Positions 5,404 to 16,100 of a stretch of DNA of 56,494 nucleotides are shown here, in pieces. Positions within the stretch are counted from its first letter, which is position 1, and the number at the start of each line of letters is the position of its first letter. The notes under the pieces were generated by a model. That model was not told where the DNA came from and searched no databases. It was given only the letters and a program-made list of their open reading frames with translations. The stretch comes from a virus. Lineage: Duplodnaviria > Caudoviricetes. The position numbers and the translations under genes were made by a program. The DNA is taken from positions 1 through 56,494 of the IMG/VR virus record IMGVR_UViG_3300005613_000078. The stretch is one strand, 5' to 3'.

Positions 5404-6189
5404 ATGGCAAAAGGATTTACTGTGAAGGCAAAAACGCCCGTCAAAAGTGAAAAGAAAGAAGGTCCAGAATGGGACTATGCTGCAATCAAAGAAAGGATGC
5501 GCGGTAAGGCAATTGTATTCTGTCTTCCAGGGCGTGGATGTTCTTATGCATTCATGAAGAATTTTGTACAACTGTGTTTTGATCTAGTACAGAACCAGAT
5601 GAGTATTCAGATCTCACAGGACTACAGTTCAATGGTTAACTTTGCACGTTGTAAGTGTCTGGGGGCAAACGTACTTCGTGGACCGGATCAGCTTCCATGG
5701 GATGGTAAGTTGAAGTATGACTATCAGTTGTGGATTGATAGTGATATCATATTCAACACTGAAAAGTTCTGGCAGTTGTGTGATATGGCAATTGCTGAAG
5801 ATGGAACAGAGAAAGAAATTGTTGCTGGTTGGTATTCTACTGAAGATGGTAAGACCACTTCTGTTGCACACTGGTTGGAAGAAGATGACTTCCGTAACAA
5901 TGGTGGTGTGATGAACCATGAAATGGTTGATGGTATCAGCAAGCGTAAGAAACCATTTACTGTTGACTACACTGGTTTTGGATGGGTGATGATTCAGAAT
6001 GGTGTGTTTGAAGATCCTAAGATGAAGTATCCTTGGTTTGCACCGAAGATGCAGGTCTTTGAATCTGGTGCAGTACAAGACATGTGTGGTGAAGACGTTT
6101 CATTCTGTCTTGATGCGATTGAAGCAGGATATGAAATTTGGTGTGACCCACGCATTCGTGTTGGTCATGAAAAGATGCGGGTGATCTGA
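5404..6189 (+). CDS. GT-A fold glycosyltransferase-like protein
   Basis: 261 aa; DxD motif LWIDSDI plus TGFGW, GEDVSFC and WCDPRIRVGH, typical of GT2-like enzymes. Confidence 0.75.
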   Translation: MAKGFTVKAKTPVKSEKKEGPEWDYAAIKERMRGKAIVFCLPGRGCSYAFMKNFVQLCFDLVQNQMSIQISQDYSSMVNFARCKCLGANVLRGPDQLPWDGKLKYDYQLWIDSDIIFNTEKFWQLCDMAIAEDGTEKEIVAGWYSTEDGKTTSVAHWLEEDDFRNNGGVMNHEMVDGISKRKKPFTVDYTGFGWVMIQNGVFEDPKMKYPWFAPKMQVFESGAVQDMCGEDVSFCLDAIEAGYEIWCDPRIRVGHEKMRVI

Positions 6190-6219
6190 TAAGATTACGG
6201 AAGTGATCTGATGTACACT

Positions 6220-6244
6220 AAAGGGGGTTGACACCCTCTTTTTT
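6220..6244 (+). terminator. rho-independent terminator overlapping a -35 box
   Basis: AAAGGGGG-TTGACA-CCCTCTT followed by a T-run. Confidence 0.7.
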
Positions 6245-6256
6245 ATTGGATATACT
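6228..6256 (+). promoter_or_regulatory. sigma70-type promoter
   Basis: TTGACA-17 nt-TATACT upstream of ATG 6280. Confidence 0.85.
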
Positions 6257-6279
6257 TACAAAGTAATTAATAAGGTCAC

Positions 6280-6426
6280 ATGGCAAAGGTAAGCAAGTCA
6301 CTAATGGGCAATCAGTTTATTGAAGCAACTCCCAAAAAAACCCGACAGGGTCAAGGGAAGCATACAAAGTATGCGTCATCCAGTAGAAACAATGCTAAGA
6401 AACCATATCGTGGCCAAGGACGTTGA
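6280..6426 (+). CDS. small basic hypothetical protein (48 aa, not in ORF track)
   Basis: MAKVSKSLMG...PKKTRQGQGKHTKY...KPYRGQGR; TAAGG Shine-Dalgarno-like sequence and own promoter. Confidence 0.8.
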   Translation: MAKVSKSLMGNQFIEATPKKTRQGQGKHTKYASSSRNNAKKPYRGQGR

Positions 6427-6797
6427 AGTTTAATACTTTATTGTACACCTACCTATCACCTAGTACAGTGTGTGATGGGGTGGGTGTTTTTTCTTTAGTT
6501 GATATACCTGCTGATACTGTTATCTTTAGTCCAAAATCCCGCGAAAAAATACGTTTCTCTGAAGTATCTGAAGAAGTGGGCAAAAAAATGCGAGAACTAA
6601 CGTATTGTGATGAAGATGGTTTTTGGGTTGATGATGATTTAGATCGTTTAGGTCCGCAGTATTATATCAATCATTCATTAAATCCAAATGTGTCCTATAA
6701 TAAGGATACTGGTTGTCTATATGCCACAAGGGATATTGATGCTAACGAAGAACTACTAGACTATTATTTTCCTGAAGAACGAGAATGGCCTACCTGA
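6423..6797 (+). CDS. SET-domain protein (putative lysine methyltransferase)
   Basis: GVGVF, YINHSLNPN and ATRDIDANEELLDYY match the SET signatures GxG, NHSxxPN and ELxxDY-like; TTG start overlaps the upstream TGA. Confidence 0.85.
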   Translation: MKFNTLLYTYLSPSTVCDGVGVFSLVDIPADTVIFSPKSREKIRFSEVSEEVGKKMRELTYCDEDGFWVDDDLDRLGPQYYINHSLNPNVSYNKDTGCLYATRDIDANEELLDYYFPEEREWPT

Positions 6798-7447
6798 ATC
6801 ATAGTTTACCTGATTGGTCTTGTTACATCCGTAATGAATTCCTTTTTAATCATAAGAAGGGTCATGGAGAAGTAACACGATGTGATGTGCATAGCGTTGC
6901 TAGTATAGAAAAAAGAACACCCCTGTTTGAAGCATTCCTAGAGAATGGTGTGAACTGGACTAGAAGACCACTACATGCGTTCTGCTGGCGTCCTGACGCG
7001 GAAATAGAACCATTAGAGGACACAATGTACTGGGACTGCTTTTCGCCTTATGTGGACGTACAGAGACGGCATAGATTGGCAGGATTGAAAGCAGAGTTGA
7101 TTCGTCCTGATGGTAAAAAGGCAGTTGGTAATTATATGTTTACCTTAGACTGGTCATGGGAGAATAAGGGAATGCCTGACTTGAACTATTCAGAAACACC
7201 TGAACATAAGTGTGCCCACTTGTTCAAGATGGAGAACGGCAACTATTATGCTTATCCAAACAATCGTATTATCTGGTATGATGATGCATGGACTTTTAAT
7301 CGTATTAAGAAAAATCCTGGATATGAAATTGATCTAACTGTTTATTCCGTTGAAGGGAGACGGACAATTGAAACCGGTGATGATTACATGTATGAAGTCA
7401 CACACCTAGATAATGATGATTCTATCGAAGTGATTAACTATGACTGA
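6785..7447 (+). CDS. conserved phage hypothetical protein
   Basis: 220 aa, aromatic-rich, with WDCFS, EHKCAH and YPNNRIIW motifs; overlaps neighbours in operon style. Confidence 0.85.
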   Translation: MAYLNHSLPDWSCYIRNEFLFNHKKGHGEVTRCDVHSVASIEKRTPLFEAFLENGVNWTRRPLHAFCWRPDAEIEPLEDTMYWDCFSPYVDVQRRHRLAGLKAELIRPDGKKAVGNYMFTLDWSWENKGMPDLNYSETPEHKCAHLFKMENGNYYAYPNNRIIWYDDAWTFNRIKKNPGYEIDLTVYSVEGRRTIETGDDYMYEVTHLDNDDSIEVINYD

Positions 7448-7601
7448 TGATAACTTATTGAGGGAGATTGCTAACGACAATCAAACTCCTAAAAATAAGA
7501 AAAAAGTAAATAGCGATGGTTTATTTGAAACCACTGATTGCTCTGACCCTGATCATCAGTGTACTTGCGGACCACAGCAGGTAATAATTACCGAAGATTA
7601 G
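7440..7601 (+). CDS. small hypothetical protein (53 aa, not in ORF track)
   Basis: MTDDNLLREIANDNQTPK...CSDPDHQCTC...; fills the gap before gp25. Confidence 0.6.
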   Translation: MTDDNLLREIANDNQTPKNKKKVNSDGLFETTDCSDPDHQCTCGPQQVIITED

Positions 7602-7605
7602 TGTT

Positions 7606-7612
7606 CTAAATA
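7606..7612 (+). promoter_or_regulatory. T4-type late promoter
   Basis: CTAAATA in the intergenic gap before gp25. Confidence 0.6.
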
Positions 7613-7633
7613 AGGTAGAATTCTTGTATTAGT

Positions 7634-8035
7634 TTGCCAGTCCAAAGGAAATCTAAAGGTTTCAAAGATATTAGCGCATCATTCAAGATCAATCCAGTCA
7701 ATCAAGACTTGATTGGTCTTGTAAATTTTAATGCGATTGCTCGTTCGGTTCGTAATTTGATTCTTACACAACCTGGCGAAAGACCTTTTAATCCTTCCCT
7801 TGGTTCTGGCGTTAATGCGTTATTGTTTAATAACTTGGATCGTTTAACTGCCAGTAGTATTAAAAGCGAAATTGAAAATACAATTGAAAATTTTGAACCC
7901 AGAGTGGAATTGAATGAAGTTACAGTTGAAGCTAACGCTTCAAAGCATAAGTTTGATGTAAAGATTCAATATTATATTATTGGTATTCCGGCAGACTTAC
8001 AAGAAGTATCACTTGCATTAGTTCCTACTAGGTAA
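7634..8035 (+). CDS. gp25: baseplate wedge subunit gp25
   Basis: AIARSVRNLILTQPGERPFNPSLGS and IENFEPRV gp25/GPW motifs; upstream of gp6. Confidence 0.92.
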   Translation: MPVQRKSKGFKDISASFKINPVNQDLIGLVNFNAIARSVRNLILTQPGERPFNPSLGSGVNALLFNNLDRLTASSIKSEIENTIENFEPRVELNEVTVEANASKHKFDVKIQYYIIGIPADLQEVSLALVPTR

Positions 8036-8036
8036 A

Positions 8037-10169
8037 ATGCCGTTAGTTAATTTCAGCAATTTAGATTTCGATCAGATCAAAACGTCCATCAAGGACTATC
8101 TTCGTGCGAATTCTAATTTCACCGATTATGATTTTGAAGGGTCTAACCTTTCTACAATTATTGACACATTAGCGTATAACACTTATATCACTTCATACAA
8201 CGCCAACATGGTGACTAATGAAGTGTTTATTGACAGTGCGACGTTAAGAGAAAACGCCGTGTCATTAGCGAGAAATATTGGATATATGCCACGCTCTAGA
8301 AGAGCAGCAAGAATGGTTATATCCTTTCAGGTGTCTAACTTAAGTAATATAGCATCTCTAACATTAAACAAAGGATTGGTAGCAGTCACAAGACAACGTT
8401 TTGGTAATGCTGACTTTGTATTTTCTATTCCTGAAGATATTACCGTTGCTGTAAGTCAAAGTGGTATCGCTGAATTCAATGATATCATGATCTATGAAGG
8501 AACATATTTAACACAGACATATAATATTTCTTCAAGAGATCCAAATCAGAGATTTATACTACCCAACACTGGAGTAGATACCACTACAATAAGCACAATA
8601 GTAAGAGAGTCCTCAACGTCAACAGTAACGAATAAGTTTAATCTTTATGATAGTTTAGTAGATATTGGACCTGAGGCAAAGATTTATTTTATACAAGAAA
8701 TAGACGGGGAAAGATATGAACTATTATTTGGTGATGGAATTATTGGTAAAAAATTAGAAGAACCTAATCAGGTCAATATTAGTTACATTGTAAGTAATGG
8801 ACAATTTGGAAATAATGTATCTTTCTTGTCCTTTGCTGGTTCATTGACCGCAAACAATGGTGATGCTGTTACAACTGGCATCTCACAAATTTCTATTGAT
8901 GGACCATCAACTGGTGGCGCACCAATTGAAAGTGTAGAATCCATTAAAAAATATGGACCACAGATTTATGCTTCACAAAATAGAGCGGTGACTGCTGCTG
9001 ATTATGAAGCACTAATTCCTAAACTTTATCCCGAAGCAGAATCAGTATCGGCATATGGCGGTGAAGAATTAACGCCACCACAATATGGTAAAGTATTTGT
9101 TAGTATAAAACCCATTAACGGAGTATTTCTTTCTAATTGTTTGAAAGATAATTTAAATGCAGCATTAGCAAAATATAAAGTAGCAGGTATTAAAATTGAT
9201 TTGATTGATTTAGGATATCTTTATATTGAAGCAAACTCCAATGTGTATTATAACAGTAATTTAACTCCTTCACCAGATGCTGTGAAAACAAAAGCATTGG
9301 ATGCAATTGAAAAATATGCAAATTCAACTGAACTTAATAAATTTGGTGCTAGATTTAAGTACAGCAAATATCAATGTGTTATTGATAAATCAGACCCATC
9401 CATCACATCAAATATAACCACAATCGACATTAGAAGAGACCTAGAACCTAAAATTAGTTCATTTGCTGAGTATGAACTTTGTTATGGAAATAGATTTAGA
9501 ATTAAAAATCATTGCCGTAGTATATCTGAAAACGCTAAAAATGGATTTAATATTAAATCATCAGGATTTAAGGTAAGTGGAATTGCTGATACTGTTTACA
9601 TAGGAGACTATCCAAACGCTAATCAAATAACTGGAGAACTTTTTCTTTTTAAACTTAATTCACCCCGCAACCCAGTCATAGTAAAAAGAAACATTGGTGT
9701 TGTAGATTATGTAAAAGGAGAAATTATGATCAGTCCAATTAAGATTATTTCTACAGAAGTATCCAAAGGTAACACACCAATAATTGAAATATCTGCTGTA
9801 CCTTTTTCAAATGATGTCATTGGTCTTCAGGACCTTTATCTTCAATTAGATATGAATTATACTGTGGTAAATACTATTATAGATCAGATTGATTCTGGCA
9901 ATGATGTATCAGGAACAAACTTCATTGTATCACCAAGTTATGGTGGAAGTGAATTAGTTCGTGGTGTTCCAATCTTGGGAACTCAAAGTGGTGGTTTATC
10001 ATCAGAAACAACTGAACAACAAATGAGTCCCACAGTGCTTGAAGGATCCACTCTCCCTGTGATGCAACAAAACTCTAACACAGGGACATCGGTTGTCACA
10101 CCTGCAAGACCTTCTACATCTTATACACCACCCTCATCTTCATCTTCCGGTTCTTCTAGCGGTTACTAA
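8037..10169 (+). CDS. gp6: baseplate wedge subunit gp6
   Basis: LDFDQIK...FTDYDFEGSNLS...LAYNT, FGDG and QNRAVTAADY gp6 motifs. Confidence 0.95.
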   Translation: MPLVNFSNLDFDQIKTSIKDYLRANSNFTDYDFEGSNLSTIIDTLAYNTYITSYNANMVTNEVFIDSATLRENAVSLARNIGYMPRSRRAARMVISFQVSNLSNIASLTLNKGLVAVTRQRFGNADFVFSIPEDITVAVSQSGIAEFNDIMIYEGTYLTQTYNISSRDPNQRFILPNTGVDTTTISTIVRESSTSTVTNKFNLYDSLVDIGPEAKIYFIQEIDGERYELLFGDGIIGKKLEEPNQVNISYIVSNGQFGNNVSFLSFAGSLTANNGDAVTTGISQISIDGPSTGGAPIESVESIKKYGPQIYASQNRAVTAADYEALIPKLYPEAESVSAYGGEELTPPQYGKVFVSIKPINGVFLSNCLKDNLNAALAKYKVAGIKIDLIDLGYLYIEANSNVYYNSNLTPSPDAVKTKALDAIEKYANSTELNKFGARFKYSKYQCVIDKSDPSITSNITTIDIRRDLEPKISSFAEYELCYGNRFRIKNHCRSISENAKNGFNIKSSGFKVSGIADTVYIGDYPNANQITGELFLFKLNSPRNPVIVKRNIGVVDYVKGEIMISPIKIISTEVSKGNTPIIEISAVPFSNDVIGLQDLYLQLDMNYTVVNTIIDQIDSGNDVSGTNFIVSPSYGGSELVRGVPILGTQSGGLSSETTEQQMSPTVLEGSTLPVMQQNSNTGTSVVTPARPSTSYTPPSSSSSGSSSGY

Positions 10170-10175
10170 TATAAA

Positions 10176-13100
10176 ATGGCAATAGATAGAGTAAAAATTC
10201 AGGACATTCTTGCTTCTCAGGTTCCCGAGTATGTCAAGGATGATTTTCCTCTTCTGGTAGAATTTTTAGAGCAATATTATATCTCACAAGAAACAAAGGG
10301 AGGAACATTTGATCTGATTCAAAATCTAGATCAATATGTAAAAGTTGATCAATTATATAATCTAAAAACAGATACGATTCTAAATTCAGACATTAGTTCT
10401 ATAGACACCACGATTGTAACTGATGTTAATAGTAACTTTACTGAGGGATTTGCAAAAGAAAATGGTTTAATCAAAATTGATAATGAAATTATTGCATATG
10501 GATATAAGACAGAAACAACCTTTGAGGACTGTGTAAGAGGTTTCAGCGGCATTTCAAGTTATGTTGGGACTAATTCATCAGACGAGTTAGTATTTGATGA
10601 AACAATAGCATCCTCCCATAAAAAAGGTTCTTCAATTCAAAATTTAAACGTACTTTTTCTTCAAGAGTTTTTTGCAAAACTTAAGCGTCAAGTGCTGCCA
10701 GGTTTTCAAGATAGAAAACTTTTTGATAATTTAGATCAAAGAAACTTTATTTTTGGTGCTAGTTCTTTTTATCAATCAAAAGGAACTGATGCCTCTGTTG
10801 AAATTCTTTTTAGAGCACTTTATGGAAAAGAAGCAGAAGTAATCAGACCCAGTGAATTTTTAATTAGGCCATCCGATGCTGATTATAGAATAACTAAAGA
10901 CTTTGTTGTAAAATCATATATTGGTGACCCTTTAGATTTAAAAGGACGCACCCTCTATCAACCAATCATTAGTGCAAATGGTTCTATAGTGGGTATCAAT
11001 ACTATTACAGGTGAAATTGATAATAATACAATCATTAGAGGGTCTGTTTGTGACATTGAAAGATTGCCTTTTGATGAGGGGCAATATTATCAAGTTTCAA
11101 TTGATATTGGATATGATAGGGATACTGACGTAGAAGGAAGTATCCGTGGACTTTATCAATCAAATCCCAAAACACAAATCGTTAATACCGTAGGTGCAGG
11201 TTCTAGTATTATAGATGTTGATTCAACTATTGGATTTCCAGATAAGGGATCTTTATTTACTTCTGATATTGATAATAATGTTATCAAAATTAATTATGGT
11301 TCAAAAACAATAAATCAATTTAATGAGATATCAACGTCCGATATAACAGGTGAAATAGCAGAAGGTTCAAACTTAAATTATAATAATACTTGTTTTGCTT
11401 TTAAAGGTGATGATAAGATAGAAGTAATAATGACTTCTACTTTAACTAACCTTTTATTAAAAGAACAAACTAAGAATTTAAATGTTGGTGATACTATTAA
11501 TGTAAAGTCTATTGGTCTTCCTGCCACTTATAAAAAAGCAACAAACTGGTTTTATAATATAAAAACTAAATTTCAGTCAAAAGAAATAACTGAAATAGAC
11601 AGAACAGAGTCAATTTATAGATTTCAATTATTCAATAGACACTTTTTTAAAATTGGATATGCGATAAGAGTATCAGGTTCTGATGGTGTGATTAGAACTG
11701 GTAATGTAACTTCTGTAAACTCAGATTTTTCATTTACTGTAAAACTGAGCACTTCTTTAAGTGATCTTCAACTATCACTGAATTATACTGTCACTAATTT
11801 ATTATCGAAAAGTGATTCCTCAGATTACACTCAATTAAGAAATTATACAACTAATGTTCAGAATATCTACACTAAGTTCAACAAAGATATTTTAGTAGCA
11901 TCTAACTCTATACCAACATATCTTCAGACACCCCTCAATCCTTACGATAAAAAAATTACTTTTTCGGGATCTGCTTCAAGTGATGGTACAATCATCATTA
12001 CCCCAACCACAGAACATGGATTCTTTACAGGTGATTCTGTATTTTATAAAGGAAGTATCACAACTACAACCACAACGACTCCAGACGGTAATCAAATCAT
12101 CACCGAAGTAACTAATAAGTTCACTAATATGGATGAACTTGTTTATTTTGTTAAAAGGATAGATTCGACTAGTATAAAACTTGCAAGAAGCAAATCAGAT
12201 CTCTTTGATAATAAATTTATAGTTCCATCTGGAACTGCTATTAATAATCAATTAATTTACTTTGATTTCTATCAAAAGAGCGTAAACCAGCAAACATTAT
12301 ACAGAGAATTTGTAGAACCCAACAACAAATCTGGAACTTTTAATACGACACCAGGATATGTTGGTATGCTTATCAATGGTGTTGAAATTCTGAACTTTAA
12401 ATCACCAAAAAGTGTATATTATGGTAATATCAATGAAGTTGAAATTGTTGATCAAGGATATGGATATGATGTAATCAATCCACCTCTTTTGAATATCACT
12501 GACATACTCGGTGTAGGTGCTACAGGCACATGCTCTGTTGATGGTTCATTAGAAAGAATTGATCTTAAAGATACTGGTTATGATTATGTTGATACCCCCA
12601 TTGTAAGAATAACTGGAGGTTTTCCAGAGGAAGATGCCTCTGCGAAAATAAACTTATCGTCTATTAACCATAGTGTAGTTTTTAATGCTGGTGCGGCAAG
12701 TACAAATGTAAAACTTAATCCAAATAATACGATTGGATTCGGCACCTTTCATAAATTTAGAGATTTTGAAAGAGTAGTATATAACACTTATGGTTCAACA
12801 TCTGTCACAGGAATATCGACCAACTCATTATACTATGTCAAGGTAGTTGATGCCTTCACTATTAATCTTCATAAAAGTGAATCTGATGCCATATCAGGAA
12901 TTAATACAATTAGTCTTACTGCATATGGAAATGACACCCATTCAATAGATGCACATGAAAGAAAGAAAATCGTTACGAATATTATTGTAACAAATCCAGG
13001 AAAAGGATATAAGAACAATGAAAGAAATATCAATCCAATAGGTGTTGTTACTTCACTGAACACTATTAATATTCTGAATCATAATTACAATGAAAAAGAT

Positions 13101-16100
13101 ATTATTAGATACACACCGGGCACTAGTCCGATAAGTGGTATTAATTCAAATACTGATTATTTTGTAAAAGTTGATGATAAAGACTCAATAAGATTATTTG
13201 AAATAGGTGTAGGGGGAACTGATAGAAACTATTACTATGATAATGATATTGAAGTTAGTATTGCTTCTACAGGTAATGGTTCATTGAATTATGAAAGGAT
13301 CAATGTTTCGGTTGAAGGAACAATTGGAGTCAATTCTCTTACTGATCAAGATTTTACTTGTAAAGTTATTCCAGTATTCAGAGGTTCAATTACCTCAACA
13401 AACATAACAAGCAAAGGTGTTGGATATGGTGCATCAACAATTTTAAATTTTGATAGACAACCCGATATTACATTTGATAGTGGAAGTAATGCTCAACTTT
13501 TCCCTGTCGTATCTAATGGAAAAATCATTGATGTAATAGTTCAAAATTCTGGAACAGGATACAACTCCCCACCAGATTTAGAAATCGTTGGTGTTGGAAG
13601 TTTTGCTAAATTAACACCCATTATTCATAATGGATCAATTGTAACGGTTAATATCATATCTGGTGGTATAGGATACAATCAAGGCGATATACAATTAAAA
13701 GTCAAACCATCTGGTCTTGATGCTACTGCAGTGGCAAAAATTCAAGAATGGAATGTAGATATTTTTACCAATGATTTTGAAAACATTGATAGTGATGATG
13801 GGTTTTTAGATGATAATATTTCTTCCACCAATCTTCAATATGGACACGTTTATGCTCCAAGAAAACTTAGAGAATCCATATATGCGATTGATTTTCAAGG
13901 AAATACACTTTACGGGGAACCTGACCTAAAAGTAGAAAATGGCATAGAAATTGATTCATTGCAGCACTCACCAATAATCGGTTGGGCATATGATGGTAAT
14001 CCAATTTATGGTCCGTATGGTTATTCTAATGGAACTGGAGGTGCAATTAAACAAATGCGCCCTGGTTACGAATTAGTAACAAATCAATCACAAAGACCAC
14101 CATTTTCTAGTTTTAAAGAAGGTTTCTTTGTTGAAGATTATGTTTTTAAAGGAACAGGCGATCTTGATGAAAATAATGGAAGAATTTGCGTAACACCAGA
14201 TTTCCCAGATGGTGTTTATGCTTACTTTGCTACTTTCAATCTTTCTGTCGATACAAGTGGAACTTTTGACAAGTATAAAAGACCTCAATTTCCATATTTG
14301 ATTGGTCCAACATTTAAATCTGAACCAAATCCTTTTAACTTTAAAAAAACCTCCAATCAAACTGAATATGATATAGAAAAAAATGATTGGTTAAGAAACA
14401 CATATTTTTATTATATTAACAATCAATATGCAGAATATGATTATATCTTCAATTCAGATAAGATAAAGGCACAATATTTAAAAATTACTGGTGCCTCTTC
14501 CGGTGTGATTAATACCGTTGGTATTGTGACTGGTGGTACACAATATCGTGTTAATGACAGAGTATTCTTTGACAATAAAGGAACAGGCGGAATAAATGCT
14601 AGAGCGTCTGTATCTAGAGTTGATGGTAAAAAAGTCAACACGGTAAGTATAGCGACTACCACAGTAAACAATTTTGAATTTGTTCCGTTTGGTTCTAGAT
14701 CAAGATTTATTGGAATTTCTTCAACACCACATAAGTTTAACAACGGTGAATTTATCACTATTGATGGTTTATCTCAATATTATAGCAATTTAGACGGAAC
14801 TTATCGTATTGGTGTAAGCACAAGCAATTTTGTGTTGACTGAAGCAGTAGGGGCAGCATCAACCACAGGAATCAATACTTTCATTTCTGTTTCAGGTAAT
14901 CTTCAATACCCCAGATTAGTTGTTAATGATATCCTAAAAATAGGAAATGAAAAAGTAAAAGTTCTTAACATAGAACCAAATAGAATTCGTGTGTCTAGAA
15001 AGCAAGAGGACACTGTATCATCAGCACACACATCTACAACACCCATCACCTCTGATCCTAACAAATTAACTGTTGAGGTAGGATCTGCTAAAACTACAAA
15101 AATATTAACTTTTAACAGAGAACTTTATTTTATTCCATCTGAGTCTGTTGGTATTGGAACTTCTATTGGTGTTGGTATTGGAAACACTCTTTCAATAACA
15201 AATCCAGGCGCTGGTGTTTCTGAAATTTTTGTTGGACCAAGACAGATTTATTTCCCTGGACATGGATTACGTCTTAATGATAAGTTAAGATATAACTTGA
15301 ATGGTGGTTCATCAATCAACTACTGGAACGGAATTGCTGGGGTGGCAAACACAAACCTAACTGGCATTACAACACTTTATGCTGTTCCATTTAATGAAAC
15401 TTTTATTGGTGTAAGTTCAAATCTAGTTGGACTTGGCACTACAGGAAAATATATTGGTATTAATACGAACACTGGTTTACTTTACTTTACTGGTATTGGA
15501 ACTGGAGACAATCATAGCTTTAAAACGGACTTGACAAATGTCATAACTGCTAATGTATCGAGAAATACCGTAACTGTTGCTACAGATGAAACACATGGTC
15601 TTACTTATCTTGATAATATTAATTTTGATCTTAAACCAAAAAGAGAAATCACTATTGATGTTAGATATGACGATTTTAATAGAAGAATTATTTTTAATCC
15701 AAAAAATTTCACTGCAGGGGATATCAATCTAAGTCAAAATACTATATCATTTTCAGATCATAACTTTAGAACTGGTGATAGAGTTATTCATACTTCATCA
15801 TCTCCCTCTGGAGGATTAGATAATGAAGGAATGTATTTTGTTTATCTTTATAAGAAAAATGAAATCAAACTCGTTAATAATAAATCTGATTTAAATCTCA
15901 TTGAACCAACATTTGTTAATATTACTTCTGCTTCTAATGGAACCCTATCAAGAATTAATCCATTCATTGAAGTTAGTAGAAAGAATACTTTGAAATTTGA
16001 TTTATCTGATCAATCGCTCTCTTTTATTTCAAACGGAATTAGATATTCTGCTTTTGACATGAAAGTCTTTAGTGATATAGAATTTAATAATAGATTTTTA

